A model generated the notes under the pieces. It did not search any database. It was not told where the DNA came from and saw only the letters and a program-made list of their open reading frames with translations. Made by a program: the position numbers and the translations under genes. A stretch of DNA of 64,000 nt from an uncultured Actinomycetota bacterium (GTDB lineage: Bacteria; Actinomycetota; Thermoleophilia; Solirubrobacterales; Solirubrobacteraceae): NCBI GenBank assembly GCA_963714335.1, contig CAVQNW010000002.1, forward strand, positions 638,698 through 702,697, in the 5' to 3' direction. This document shows positions 19,527-30,378 of the stretch, piece after piece; the stretch's first letter is position 1, and each line of letters starts with the position of its first letter.

Positions 19527-20926
19527 GAGTCCCTGGCGAGAGCTTCCCGCAGGCGGCCGGGCGGGAACTCGGCAATCCGCAGCTGCGCACGAACCTCGGC
19601 AATGCCACGGCCACGATCCGCGACAAGCGCGCGCGGGTCGTTGCAGAACTCCCGGATTGGGAGCTGCTGCGCGACGCCGGGAGCGCGATCAAGGCGGAGG
19701 TGATGGCCAATCTCGACACCTACCTCGTGCAGTTCGAGCAGGCGCTCACGGCCAGCGGCGCAACCGTTCACTGGGCGCGGGACGGTGCTGAGGCATGTGC
19801 TGTGGTCGCAGAGGTGGCGCGGGCGCACGGCGCGAGCGAGGTCGTCAAGGTCAAGTCGCTGACGACCGACGAGATCGAGCTCAACAGTGAGCTGGACAAG
19901 CAGGGAATTCACGCGCTCGAGACCGACTTCGCGGAGCTGATCCTGCAACTCGACGGCGACTGGTCATCGCACATCCTGGTGCCGGCGATCCACCGCAACC
20001 GCACCGAGATCCGGGACCTCTTCGCCCGCACGATCGCGCCGCAGATCCAGTCCGACGAGCCTGCGGCGCTGGCCGAGGCGGCACGTCTGTACCTGCGTGA
20101 GCGGTTTCTGGACGCCAAGGTCGGCGTCAGCGGCGCCAACTTCGGAGTAGCCGAGACCGGCACGCTCTGTGTGGTCGAGTCGGAGGGCAACGGTCGCATG
20201 TGCACCACGCTGCCCCCGGTACTGGTCTCGATCATCGGGATCGAGAAGCTCGTGCCGACGTTCGCCGACCTCGAGGTCTTCCTGCAGCTGCTGCCACGCT
20301 CCTCGACGGGCGAGCGTATGAATCCGTACACGTCGCTCTGGACAGGCGTGACCGATGGCGATGGCCCGCAGGAGCTGCATGTGGTCCTGCTGGACAACGG
20401 CCGCACTCGCGTTCTGCGTGACGAGGTCGGGCGCGAGGCTCTGCACTGCATCCGCTGCAGCGCCTGTCTGAATGTCTGCCCGGTGTATTCGCGGACGGGG
20501 GGACACGCGTACGGTTCGGTCTACCCCGGACCGATCGGCGCGATCCTCACCCCGCAGCTGATCGGCATCGAGAACGCTCCGACGTTGCCGTTTGCATCGA
20601 GTCTGTGCGGCGCGTGCTACGACGCATGCCCGGTGAAGATCGACATTCCGCGCGTGCTGCTGCACCTGCGCGAGCAGGCAGTCGATGCGACCGGCAAGCC
20701 CGGCGAGCGGTTGGCAATGCGGGCCATGGCCTGGGTGTTCGGGCGCGCGAGCCGGATGCGCGCCGCGCAGCGGCTCGCACGGATCCTGCAGCGTCCGTTC
20801 GTGAGCTCGGGGGTGATCCGCCGGCTGCCACCGCCGCTGTCCGCCTGGACGCGCACGCGCGATCTGCGCCCGGTCGCCGAGGACGGCTTCGTCGAGCAGC
20901 AGTCGTCCGGGGAGGTCCGGAAATGA
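19523..20926 (+). CDS. lutB: L-lactate utilisation Fe-S protein LutB/YkgF
   Basis: VKVKSLTTDEI, ETDFAE, ESEGNGRMC, CIRCSACLNVCPVY, SSLCGACYDACPVKI. Confidence 0.93.
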   Translation: MRVPGESFPQAAGRELGNPQLRTNLGNATATIRDKRARVVAELPDWELLRDAGSAIKAEVMANLDTYLVQFEQALTASGATVHWARDGAEACAVVAEVARAHGASEVVKVKSLTTDEIELNSELDKQGIHALETDFAELILQLDGDWSSHILVPAIHRNRTEIRDLFARTIAPQIQSDEPAALAEAARLYLRERFLDAKVGVSGANFGVAETGTLCVVESEGNGRMCTTLPPVLVSIIGIEKLVPTFADLEVFLQLLPRSSTGERMNPYTSLWTGVTDGDGPQELHVVLLDNGRTRVLRDEVGREALHCIRCSACLNVCPVYSRTGGHAYGSVYPGPIGAILTPQLIGIENAPTLPFASSLCGACYDACPVKIDIPRVLLHLREQAVDATGKPGERLAMRAMAWVFGRASRMRAAQRLARILQRPFVSSGVIRRLPPPLSAWTRTRDLRPVAEDGFVEQQSSGEVRK

Positions 20927-21558
20927 GCAGCGCCAGGCAGGAGATCCTCGAGCGCGTCCGCGCCGCGATCGGTACGGCCTCCGCCGCCCCGCCGCCGCTC
21001 ATCCAGCGCAGCTACCGCCGAACTGACGACCGCGCGCGCGACGGGCTGGTCGACCTGTTCTGCGAGCGCGTCGGCGACTACAAGGCCGAGGTCGAATGTA
21101 TCCGGGCGGGCGACCTACCCGAAGCGATCAGCGCGGCAGCCTCACGCCACGGTGCCCAGCGCCTGGTCATCCCGGCCGGGCTACCGAACAACTGGCGCTC
21201 GTCGCAGCTCGAACTGATCACCGACGAATCGCTGACGCCACGCGAGCTCGACGAGCTCGACGGCGTCATCACGGCCTGCACCGTCGCGATCGCCGAGACC
21301 GGAACGATCGTGCTCACGGCCGGACCTCACGAAGGCCGCCGCCTGCTCAGCCTCGTTCCGGACCTGCACATCTGCTTGGTTGACGGAAATCAGGTTGTGG
21401 GGACGGTCCCGGAGGCGATCGCGCGGATTGGCGACGCTGTCCGCAAAGACCATCGCCCCGTGACGCTGATCTCGGGCCCATCGGCGACCTCCGACATCGA
21501 GCTGCAACGCGTCGAGGGTGTGCATGGACCGCGGAAGCTCGTCGTCCTCGTGACCTGA
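20923..21558 (+). CDS. lutC: L-lactate utilisation protein LutC/YkgG (LUD domain)
   Basis: IAETGTIV, SLVPDLH, ISGPSATSDIELQRVEGVHGP. Confidence 0.92.
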   Translation: MSSARQEILERVRAAIGTASAAPPPLIQRSYRRTDDRARDGLVDLFCERVGDYKAEVECIRAGDLPEAISAAASRHGAQRLVIPAGLPNNWRSSQLELITDESLTPRELDELDGVITACTVAIAETGTIVLTAGPHEGRRLLSLVPDLHICLVDGNQVVGTVPEAIARIGDAVRKDHRPVTLISGPSATSDIELQRVEGVHGPRKLVVLVT

Positions 21559-21601
21559 GTCCGCGTGACCCGGCGCAGCGGGCCGTTGGTACGGTGTTGC
21601 C

Positions 21602-21904
21602 GTGAGCGTCGTCAAGATCAACGCGATCACCGTGGCGCCTGAGCGCATGGAGGAGTTCGCCGAGCGCTTCGCCAACCGTGCCGGCCGCGTCGAACAGGCG
21701 GAGGGCTTTGAGGCCTTCGAGCTGCTGCGCCCCAACGACGGTCGCGACGTCTGCCTGGTTCTCACCCGCTGGCGCTCGGAGGAGGACTTCCAGGCGTGGA
21801 TGAACAGCGCCGACTTCGGCGCGGGGCACTCGCAGCATCGCTCGAGTGGGCCTGTCGGGACGGCCAGCGAGGTGTGGTCGTTCGACGTGCTCGAGCGGAT
21901 CTGA
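21602..21904 (+). CDS. ABM-family monooxygenase, MhuD/IsdG-like haem-degrading enzyme
   Basis: VVKINAI...RFANRA..VE..GF..FELLRP...FQAW...GH resembles mycobacterial MhuD, with the Asn/Trp/His triad present. Confidence 0.8.
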   Translation: MSVVKINAITVAPERMEEFAERFANRAGRVEQAEGFEAFELLRPNDGRDVCLVLTRWRSEEDFQAWMNSADFGAGHSQHRSSGPVGTASEVWSFDVLERI

Positions 21905-21963
21905 TCACGCACCCGAGTCGGCCCGTTTTTGCAACGGGTTAACGCGTCCGATACGGTGGCTCT

Positions 21964-24459
21964 ATGCCCCGCCGATGGTTCGCCCTCGGTGTTCTGGCCT
22001 CGATCTTCGCGATCGGCTTCGGGATCGCAGGGGCATGGGCAGCGCCACGAATCGCACCGAGGGAAGCTGGAAGCGGGTGCGCATCACTCGGCCAGGCTGA
22101 CCACGTCATGGCGTTCTCGCACGACGAGTTCAACGCATCACCTTCGGGCGGCGAGACGCTCACGGGGCGGATCGCGGCGGCCGGGAACGTGACGATTGGC
22201 GGAAGCGTCTACGTCAGGCCGGCCAGCGGAGACACCTCGCCCGCCGTGATCGCGGGAGGCGACTTCACCGCCGGACACTCCGGTACCGGCGGCCAGGTGC
22301 AGGGGAGCGTCCTCTACGGGGGGAGTATCAATGTCGCCCCCAACTTCGTGATCCAAGGCGGCAGCCAGCACGGAGACCCACCCTTCAGCTTCGATGACGA
22401 ATTCGAGTCGCTCGCGCTGCTGAGCGCTTCATGGGCCGACATCGACCAGAGCCCCGGCTCAACGGTGGCGCTGAATCCCTACTCGCACGCGCTAGAGCTC
22501 ACCGGCACAGGAGACGGCCTCAACGTATTCACGGTCGACGGCGCTCAGCTCGCTCAGGCGGCGGGGGTGGTACTCACGCTCACGCAGCCCGGCGCCACCG
22601 CTCTGATCAACGTCACGACCGATACCGACCTGGCGATGTCCTTCCAATACGAGAACCTCAGCGGCACGGTTGACGCCGCTCATGTGGCGTGGAACTTCCC
22701 GCTCGCGACGACGCTGTCGATCACCGGATCCGTTTCCTGGCAGGGGATGCTGCTGGCGCCGAACGCCACCGTCAACGAAGCGGCAAACGGTCAGTTCAAC
22801 GGCCAGCTCATCGCGAGGTCGATTCCGACCGCCAACAGGACGATGAACCTGGTCGCGTTCACGGGGTGCCTTCCACCGCCGGAGCCGACCGAGCCGCCGT
22901 CGCCGCCAGACGACACGCTCAAGCTCAAGGCGCTGTGCGTCAACGCCGCCGGAGACCTGAACATGCGGATACGCAATTCGGGCGACGCCAGCCGAAGCGG
23001 CACATGGCTCGACAATGGCGGGACCGACTCCGGCACGTTCGACGTGCCTGCTCACAGCGACGAGTTCTTCGACGTGCAGGATCCGTCCTCGGGCGGGGTG
23101 ATCGAAGCCCGCTCGGACATGACGACGGTCTCGGCTCCCACCATCAGCCGACGCTGCCGTGGGCGGATCACCGTGCAACTCGTGACGCGCGGGCCGGCTC
23201 CCGCGGACGCGAGCTGGAACGTCGTGCTGAGCGACGGTGCCGGCGTGTCGAGGACATTGGCGCTCGGCTCCGGAGACTCGGACACGGTGAGTGTTCCCGG
23301 CGGGTATGTCTCGGGCATCGCGGCGATCGATCAGGTCGTTGGCGGTGTCGCTTACGTCGTCTCGCTCGAGGACACGCACGGCGGGGACGCGTCGATCAGT
23401 CTCAATCCAGTCGAGATCCTGAATCGGCAGCATGAACTCGTGGTTGTAACGATCACGTTCGTCCCGAACGGCGGAGGTGGCGGTGGCTCGGGCGGTGGCG
23501 GCGGCTCGGGCGGTGGCGGTTCGGGCGGTGGCGGCTCGGGCGCCACGCCCGAGGGTCCGGTTCAGCCGACGCTCCCACCAGGGGCGCCAGTCCCGCCAAT
23601 CGGTCCCGATCTCGAGGTCGGTCGCCACGGAACCGATCTCGCGATCACCCACGCGATCACACCGCGTCGCGTGCTGGTCGGGGGGACGATCACCACGGTT
23701 ACTCATGTACGCAACCGCTCACGGGTGACCGCGCGAGCGGTCGTGGCACGGGAGTTACCGCAGTACCGGCCGACTCACCCCAACACAGTCGCGCGCGTGC
23801 TGACGCTGACGACGACGCGCGGGCATTGCACCCAGCGCAGACCGGTGCGCTGTGAGCTGGGAACGCTCGCTCCCGGCGCCGTCGTCACGATCCGGACGCG
23901 GGCGAGAGTGCTGGTGCCTGGCTTCCTGCGCAGCGTCGTGACGGTTTCGTCGCGCACCCCCGAGACAAATACGGCCAACAACATGGCGATCGCCGCAGTC
24001 ACAGCAGTGGCGTCCAAAGTCGTTCTGCACGCGCACGTCAGCGCGCCGCCGGTGACCCGGGTCGGAACGCGCATCGCCTACCACGTGAGTGTCACAGCGG
24101 GTGGTGCAGATGGAGCGACATCGGTACGCCTGTGCACGCGGGTACCGACCAACCTCTTCAGGATCCGCTCGTCCGGAACGATCCGTTATCGCGGCATGCT
24201 CTGCCGCAGCGTGAGCCACCTCAGGCGCGGTCACTCGATCGGTTTCACCACATCGGGAGTCGCCTCAGCGCACGGCCATATCTTCCCGGCGGCGCACGCC
24301 ACAGCGGTCGGGGCGACGTCGCACGCTGTGGCTCACGTCCTGGTCCTCGGCCCGCGCGTCGCCTGCCCGTCGCGCGCGCACGCCGCCGGAGGGCGGATTG
24401 GCGCCGGAGGGCGGGCTGCCGGAACGGACAAGCCGCCGATTGCCCGCGCTGCCTGTTAG
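21964..24459 (+). CDS. Secreted choice-of-anchor A family protein with Gly/Ser linker and DUF11-like Ig domains
   Basis: Signal peptide; LNVFTV, VAWNFPLAT, WQGMLLAPNA, GQFNGQLIA; TDLAITH...CELGTLAPGA...PETNTANN (DUF11-like). Confidence 0.75.
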   Translation: MPRRWFALGVLASIFAIGFGIAGAWAAPRIAPREAGSGCASLGQADHVMAFSHDEFNASPSGGETLTGRIAAAGNVTIGGSVYVRPASGDTSPAVIAGGDFTAGHSGTGGQVQGSVLYGGSINVAPNFVIQGGSQHGDPPFSFDDEFESLALLSASWADIDQSPGSTVALNPYSHALELTGTGDGLNVFTVDGAQLAQAAGVVLTLTQPGATALINVTTDTDLAMSFQYENLSGTVDAAHVAWNFPLATTLSITGSVSWQGMLLAPNATVNEAANGQFNGQLIARSIPTANRTMNLVAFTGCLPPPEPTEPPSPPDDTLKLKALCVNAAGDLNMRIRNSGDASRSGTWLDNGGTDSGTFDVPAHSDEFFDVQDPSSGGVIEARSDMTTVSAPTISRRCRGRITVQLVTRGPAPADASWNVVLSDGAGVSRTLALGSGDSDTVSVPGGYVSGIAAIDQVVGGVAYVVSLEDTHGGDASISLNPVEILNRQHELVVVTITFVPNGGGGGGSGGGGGSGGGGSGGGGSGATPEGPVQPTLPPGAPVPPIGPDLEVGRHGTDLAITHAITPRRVLVGGTITTVTHVRNRSRVTARAVVARELPQYRPTHPNTVARVLTLTTTRGHCTQRRPVRCELGTLAPGAVVTIRTRARVLVPGFLRSVVTVSSRTPETNTANNMAIAAVTAVASKVVLHAHVSAPPVTRVGTRIAYHVSVTAGGADGATSVRLCTRVPTNLFRIRSSGTIRYRGMLCRSVSHLRRGHSIGFTTSGVASAHGHIFPAAHATAVGATSHAVAHVLVLGPRVACPSRAHAAGGRIGAGGRAAGTDKPPIARAAC
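23470..23541 (+). repeat. Low-complexity (GGC/GGT/TCG)n repeat encoding a GGGGS-type linker
   Basis: Encodes GGGGGGSGGGGGSGGGGSGGGGSG. Confidence 0.85.
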
Positions 24460-26480
24460 GCCAAGATTCGCTCGTAGATGCCGACGGCCGTCCTGGAATC
24501 GACCAGCCGGGAGAGCGGCATGCTGTCGTCGAACCGGAGGTCGGTGCCGGTGAGCAGCTCGCGCCAGTCACCCGACGGCAACCCCTCCACAACCGGGTCG
24601 GCGTCCTCACCGGCGCGCGGCAGCCCGACTGCCGTCAGCAGCTGCCCGCCGCGCAGGAACACGCACGCGCCGGGGCCCGCGGCTAGCGGCTCATAGCCGC
24701 CCGCGAAGATCTCCGGGCGCCGCGTGCGCAGGCCGAGCAGCCGCGCGGTCAGCCACAGCTTGTGGTCGGAGAGGGTGTCGCCGGGACGCCCGCCGCCGAG
24801 GAGATAGTCCAGGCGCTCGCGGCGCAGCTCCCAGTCGACGGGCCGCCGGTTGTCCGGGTCCACAAGCGCGCGGAACTCGAGCTCGTCGCCCTGATAGGTG
24901 TCAGGGACCCCCGGGCAGGTCAGCTTCAGCACCAACTGTCCCAGCGCCGTCCGCAGTGCCCGCGGCGCGATCTCCTCGAGAAACCGCTCGATGTCGGCGG
25001 TGAACACTGCGTCGTTCATGAGCGCTCGCGCAAAGCACTTGACCGCGGCCTCGTACTCAGCGTTCTGGTCAACCCAGTTGCTGTGGCGCTTGGCCTCGCG
25101 CAGTGCCTTCTCGAGGTAGCCGTCGAGCCGCTCGGGCTCGATCGGCCAGACGCCGACCAGCGTCTGCAGAAGGAAGTAACGCTCCGGGAGATCGGGAGCC
25201 GTCCGCCCTTCGACCTCGCTGCAGTGACGCTCGGTCAGCTCCAGCCAGAGCCGCGCCACCTCCGCCCAGCGCTCGGGGATCTGCGAGAGCACAGCGATGC
25301 TCGCGCGCGTGTCCAGAGAGCGCTTGGCGTCGTGCGTCATGGTCGTCAGCAGCGCCTCCGGGTAGCGCAGCGCACGCTCGGCATTACCTGCGTGGAAGTC
25401 GTCGACCGCGAGACCGAAGCGCCCCGGGTCGCCGCCCACGTCGTTCAGCGCCAGCAATCTGCCGTAGCGGTAGAAGGCGGTGTCCTCGACACCCTTGGCC
25501 ATGATCGCCGGGGTCGTCTGCTGAAAGCGCGTGATGAACGGGCCCGCGCTGAGCGGGTCGTAGGTGCGGTAGACCGGCAGCACCGACAGCGCCAACGACA
25601 ACGCCTCGACAGAGGGACCTGCGGCCTCGGGCATATGCAGATATCTGCATATCGCGGCAGGGTTTACGGCCTCCCGCTGGAGCCGCTCTACCTCGGGCTC
25701 GAAGGTCGTACGCGCCTGCTCGAGCTTCGCCTCCAGCGCATAGGCGCCGAACGGGCGCGGGTCACCGCTGAGGTCGATCCAGAGATCGGTCAGCGCCTGC
25801 TCGCCGGCGGGGTCGACGAACAAGCCGCCGACGTCGTTCAGGAACTCGTATCCCACGGTCCCGCTGACCGGCCAGTCGGCCGGCAGGCGTTCGGTGCAGG
25901 AGAGGATCTTCTCAACCCAGACGCGACCGGCGCCGCCGTCGCGCAGGCGCCTGAGGTAGCCGACCGGGTCGGCCAGGCCATCCGGATGGTCGACGCGGAG
26001 GCCGTCGATCACGCCCTCCTCGAGCAGGCGCAGGATCAGGCCATGCGTCGCGTCAAAGACCTCCTCGCGCTCGATCCGGATGCCGGCCAGGTCGTCGATG
26101 TCGAAGAAGCGGCGGTGGCGGCCGCTCACAGGGTCGATGTCGAAGAAGCGCTCGCGCAGCTCCGGGTCGGCCCAGAACCTGTCGGCGTCGTCCACGGCCA
26201 TGTGGTTGGGGACGACGTCAAGCACGATGCCCATGCCCGCACCGTGCGCCTGGGTGGCCATCGCGCGAAATGCCTCCTCACCGCCGAGCGCCTCCGATAG
26301 CCGCGTCGGATCGACGACGTCGTAGCCATGTGTGGAGCCGGCCCGCGCCTGCAGTGACGGGCTCAGATACAGGTGTGAGACGCCGAGGTCGCGCAGGTAG
26401 GGGATCAGCTCCGCGGCGAACTCGAAGCCGAACTCGGGCGTGAGCTGCAGCCGATAGGTGGCCCGCAGCTCCGCGCTCAT
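24456..26480 (-). CDS. treY: Malto-oligosyltrehalose synthase (compact form)
   Basis: [63 protein letters not shown]. Confidence 0.93.
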   Translation of the reverse strand: MSAELRATYRLQLTPEFGFEFAAELIPYLRDLGVSHLYLSPSLQARAGSTHGYDVVDPTRLSEALGGEEAFRAMATQAHGAGMGIVLDVVPNHMAVDDADRFWADPELRERFFDIDPVSGRHRRFFDIDDLAGIRIEREEVFDATHGLILRLLEEGVIDGLRVDHPDGLADPVGYLRRLRDGGAGRVWVEKILSCTERLPADWPVSGTVGYEFLNDVGGLFVDPAGEQALTDLWIDLSGDPRPFGAYALEAKLEQARTTFEPEVERLQREAVNPAAICRYLHMPEAAGPSVEALSLALSVLPVYRTYDPLSAGPFITRFQQTTPAIMAKGVEDTAFYRYGRLLALNDVGGDPGRFGLAVDDFHAGNAERALRYPEALLTTMTHDAKRSLDTRASIAVLSQIPERWAEVARLWLELTERHCSEVEGRTAPDLPERYFLLQTLVGVWPIEPERLDGYLEKALREAKRHSNWVDQNAEYEAAVKCFARALMNDAVFTADIERFLEEIAPRALRTALGQLVLKLTCPGVPDTYQGDELEFRALVDPDNRRPVDWELRRERLDYLLGGGRPGDTLSDHKLWLTARLLGLRTRRPEIFAGGYEPLAAGPGACVFLRGGQLLTAVGLPRAGEDADPVVEGLPSGDWRELLTGTDLRFDDSMPLSRLVDSRTAVGIYERILA

Positions 26481-28591
26481 GCGTCGCGCTTGAGGACGAG
26501 CAACGACCGCCCCAGGACCGTGACCGGCGAATGCGGCTCGTAGCTAGCGCTGCCCGGCTCGGCTGCAGGATCGGCTGTGCAGACCTCAAACAACCAGCGA
26601 GGACCCATGTACTTGCGTGGCAGCATGAACTCGCGGTCCTCGCCCGAGGCGTTGAAGAGCAGCAGGAACGAGTCGTCGTTGATCTCCTGGCCCTGCGGGC
26701 CGAGGTTCGGGATCGTCTCACCGTTGAGGAACAGGCCGAGGACCGGCTCGCCGTCGGTCCAATCCCGCTTCGTCATCTTGTGGCCGTCCGGCCGGAACCA
26801 CCAGGCGTCGGGCAGTGCCTCACCGTCGACCGCCCCTTCAAGGAAGCTCTCTCGCCGGAACACGGGATGCCTCTGCCGCAGCGCAATCAGCCGCTTGGCG
26901 AAGGCGCGCAGCTCGCTGTCGGAGCGCGACCAGTCGTACCAGGAGATCTCGTTGTCCTGGCACCAGGCGTTGTTGTTGCCGTTCTGGGTGCGCCCCATCT
27001 CGTCGCCGCCCAGCAGCATCGGGGTGCCCTGCGAGAGCAGCAGCGTCGCGAGGAAGTTGCGCTTCTGGCGCGCGCGGAACGCGAGCACCGCCGGATCGTC
27101 GGTCGGTCCCTCAGCGCCGCAGTTCCAGGAGCGGTTGTCGTCGCTGCCGTCGTTGTTGTCCTCCCCGTTGGCCTCGTTGTGCTTCTCGTTGTAGGAGACC
27201 AGGTCCGAAAGCGTGAAGCCGTCGTGGGCAGTGATGAAGTTGATCGATGCGAACGGGTCACGGCCATCGCTCTTGTACAGATCCGAAGAGCCGGAGAGGC
27301 GAGACGCAAAGTCGCCGCAGCTGGCCTCGCCGCGCCAGAAGTCACGCATGGTGTCGCGGTACATGCCGTTCCACTCCGACCACAGCACCGGGAAGTTGCC
27401 GACCTGGTAGCCGCCCGGCCCGACATCCCACGGCTCCGCGATCAGCTTCACCTGCGAGAGAACCGGATCCTGGTGGATGATGTCGAAGAACGATGAGAGC
27501 CGGTCGACGTCGAAGAACTCACGCGCCAGCGCCGAGGCAAGGTCGAAGCGGAAGCCGTCCACATGGCAATCGATCGCCCAATATCGCAGCGAGTCCATGA
27601 TCAGGCGCAGGACGCTCGGGTGCAGCGGGTTGAGCGAGTTGCCCGTGCCCGTGAAGTCCATGTAGTGATGCAGGTCATCGGGCACGAGCCGGTAGTAGGC
27701 CATGTTGTCGACGCCCTTGAACGAGAGCATCGGGCCGAGGTGGTTGCCCTCAGCCGTGTGGTTGTAGACGACGTCGAGGATCACCTCGATGCCGGCACGG
27801 TGTAGCGCCTTGACCATGCCCTTGAACTCGCGCGCCTGCTCGCCACGGCGGCCGGTCGCCGCGTATTCGGAGTGCGGCGCGAGGTAGCCGATCGTGCTGT
27901 ATCCCCAGTAGTTGGTGAGCCCGCGGTCGACCAGGAACGACTCATCGGAGATGTGGTGGATCGGCAGCAGTTCGACGGCCGTCACACCCAGGTCCTTGAG
28001 GTATTCGAGCGCCGGCTCGGAGGCGAGGCCGGCATAGGTGCCGCGCAGGTCGTCCCGCACATCGGGATGGGTCATCGTGAAGCCGCGCACATGGGTCTCG
28101 TAGATGACGGTGTCGGCAAACGGGATCCGCAGCGGCCTGTCTCCCTCCCAATCGAAGCCCGGATCGACCACAACCGACTTGGGAATCGACGCCGCGTCGT
28201 CCTCGTCGTCGAGCTCGAAGTCGTCGTCGTCCTCACCGTCGCCCGGCACATACGGCAGCACGTTGCCGTCGGTGGTGAAGTCGACCAGCCCCTCGATCGC
28301 CTTGGCGTACGGGTCGATCAAGAGCTTGGCTGGATTGAACCGGTGGCCGGCGCCCGGATCGTAGGGGCCGTGCACGCGGTAGCCGTAGCGCTGGCCGGGT
28401 CCGATACCGGGCAGGTAGCAGTGCCAGTTCTGCGCGCGCCGCTGCGTGACCGGGATGCGCTGCTCGGCGCCATCGTCGTCGAACAGGCACAGCTCCACCG
28501 ACTCGGCATGTTCGGAGAACAGCGAGAAGTTGGTGCCGTTCCCATCCCAGATGGCTCCCAACGGGAAGGGGCGTCCGGGCCAGATCTCCAT
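26477..28591 (-). CDS. glgX: Glycogen debranching enzyme GlgX/TreX
   Basis: [40 protein letters not shown]. Confidence 0.96.
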   Translation of the reverse strand: MEIWPGRPFPLGAIWDGNGTNFSLFSEHAESVELCLFDDDGAEQRIPVTQRRAQNWHCYLPGIGPGQRYGYRVHGPYDPGAGHRFNPAKLLIDPYAKAIEGLVDFTTDGNVLPYVPGDGEDDDDFELDDEDDAASIPKSVVVDPGFDWEGDRPLRIPFADTVIYETHVRGFTMTHPDVRDDLRGTYAGLASEPALEYLKDLGVTAVELLPIHHISDESFLVDRGLTNYWGYSTIGYLAPHSEYAATGRRGEQAREFKGMVKALHRAGIEVILDVVYNHTAEGNHLGPMLSFKGVDNMAYYRLVPDDLHHYMDFTGTGNSLNPLHPSVLRLIMDSLRYWAIDCHVDGFRFDLASALAREFFDVDRLSSFFDIIHQDPVLSQVKLIAEPWDVGPGGYQVGNFPVLWSEWNGMYRDTMRDFWRGEASCGDFASRLSGSSDLYKSDGRDPFASINFITAHDGFTLSDLVSYNEKHNEANGEDNNDGSDDNRSWNCGAEGPTDDPAVLAFRARQKRNFLATLLLSQGTPMLLGGDEMGRTQNGNNNAWCQDNEISWYDWSRSDSELRAFAKRLIALRQRHPVFRRESFLEGAVDGEALPDAWWFRPDGHKMTKRDWTDGEPVLGLFLNGETIPNLGPQGQEINDDSFLLLFNASGEDREFMLPRKYMGPRWLFEVCTADPAAEPGSASYEPHSPVTVLGRSLLVLKRDA

Positions 28592-30378
28592 CAGTCGTCC
28601 CCAAGGGGAGCAGGTGCGTCCCCGACCATGAGCAGTGCGCCGCCCAGAGGCGGGAGGGTCAGCCTGCCGCGTCGCAGCGTGACCTCGCTGTGGGTCCCCA
28701 GGATCATGCGCGTTCCCGGTGCCCGCAGAGAGAGCTCCTCGTCGGCGAAGTTGCAGACCAGCTCGTAGGCACCGCGTCGAACCTGGAGGCGGCGCTGCTG
28801 CTCATCGAAAGTGATCGCATCGACCCGCTCTGGCGGGAGCAGACGACGAGCCCGCAGCAGGTCCGCGTAGAGCACGACCAGCGCGGGATCGACGTCACGG
28901 GTGAGCTTCGACGCCTCGAACGTGGAGCGCGCCTGTGGATCTGGGATCTCCCGTCCGAACGACGCAAAGGCGGCGAACTCGGCGCGCCTACCCTTGCGCG
29001 TCGCGTCGGCGATGCGCTTGTCGATGTGGTCTGAGAAGAACTGAAAGGGCGCGTTCTCACCGTACTCCTCGCCCATGAACAGCATCGGCGTGAACGGTGA
29101 GAGCAGCACGCAGAATGCCGCCAGGGGCCGCGCCGCGGCGGGCAGCCTGTCGCCAAAGGCGCGATTGCCGACCTGATCGTGGTCCTGGCAGAAGACCACG
29201 AACTGTCGCGGCGGGACGTCGTCTGCCGGCGCGCCGAAACGGCGTTTGCGGAAGTCCGAGTAGTCGCCGTCGTGCACGTGTGGCCGGTGGAAGGCCTTCG
29301 CGAGTTGGCCGACGCGACCGAAGTCGGCGTAGTAGCCGTCGTGATCGTCGGTGATGAGAGCGCGCAATGCATGGTGAAAGTCGTCGGCCCAGGCAGCGTC
29401 GCAACCATAGCCACCACGACGATGAGGGCGCATCACGCGCGGGTCGTTGAGTCCGCTCTCTGCGATCACCAATTTGCGGCGGCCCAGCGCGTGGACCCGT
29501 CTGGCGACCGCTTCGACGATGTGCTCGGCGCTCGAGTCGAAGATCGCGTGGATCGCGTCGAGCCGCAGCCCGTCGATGCCGAAGTCGCGAACCCAGCCCT
29601 CGGCCGACTGAAGCACCCACTCGCGCACCGGGTCGCACTCGGCGTCGTCGTAGTTCATCGCCCGCCCCCAGAACGTCTCGTACTTCTCCGTGAAGTACGG
29701 GCCGAAGGCGTCCAGCGCTGTATTCCCGGATGCGCCGACGTGGTTGTAGACCACGTCGAGGATCACGGCCAGGCCGATCTCGTGCGCGGCATTCACCAGT
29801 TCCTGGAGGTCCGCCGGACCACCATAGGAGGATTGAGCCGCGCTCAGGTAGACGCCGTCGTAACCCCACCCGCGGGTGCCGGGGAACTCCGCCACGGGCA
29901 TGATCTCGATCGCAGTGATGCCCAGCTGCGCGAGCTGGCGCAGGTGGGGGATCGCGGCCGCGAACGTTCCCGCGCTGCTGAAGGTGCCGACGTGCAGCTC
30001 GTAGATCACCTGCTCTGCCAGCGGCTTGGTCGTGAACGGGCGCGGCGCGGACGGCGCGTACACCCGCGATGGTCCGCGGAGGCCGGCGGGCTGCCAGCGC
30101 GACGCCGGATCCGGCAGCCGTCGGTTGCCGATCAGGTAGTAGTAGTCGGTCCCCGGTGGGGCATCGGCGAGCACCGCATAGATCCCTTTCCCGGCGTGCT
30201 CCAGCGGGAGCGCGCCGGAGCGTGAAGCGCTCGACGGGCGGCGGCTCGGGTTGAGGATCAGCCGCGGCTCGGCACGCGGCGACCAGACCCGGAACTCGGT
30301 GCGTCCATCTTCAAGCGCCCTCGCTCCGAGCGGCTCCTCCCACGGATATTCCGGAGTCAAGATTCTGGGACCAGCCAC
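28591..30378 (-). CDS. treZ: Malto-oligosyltrehalose trehalohydrolase
   Basis: [48 protein letters not shown]; start uncertain (TTG at 30360 possible). Confidence 0.94.
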   Translation of the reverse strand: MAGPRILTPEYPWEEPLGARALEDGRTEFRVWSPRAEPRLILNPSRRPSSASRSGALPLEHAGKGIYAVLADAPPGTDYYYLIGNRRLPDPASRWQPAGLRGPSRVYAPSAPRPFTTKPLAEQVIYELHVGTFSSAGTFAAAIPHLRQLAQLGITAIEIMPVAEFPGTRGWGYDGVYLSAAQSSYGGPADLQELVNAAHEIGLAVILDVVYNHVGASGNTALDAFGPYFTEKYETFWGRAMNYDDAECDPVREWVLQSAEGWVRDFGIDGLRLDAIHAIFDSSAEHIVEAVARRVHALGRRKLVIAESGLNDPRVMRPHRRGGYGCDAAWADDFHHALRALITDDHDGYYADFGRVGQLAKAFHRPHVHDGDYSDFRKRRFGAPADDVPPRQFVVFCQDHDQVGNRAFGDRLPAAARPLAAFCVLLSPFTPMLFMGEEYGENAPFQFFSDHIDKRIADATRKGRRAEFAAFASFGREIPDPQARSTFEASKLTRDVDPALVVLYADLLRARRLLPPERVDAITFDEQQRRLQVRRGAYELVCNFADEELSLRAPGTRMILGTHSEVTLRRGRLTLPPLGGALLMVGDAPAPLGDD

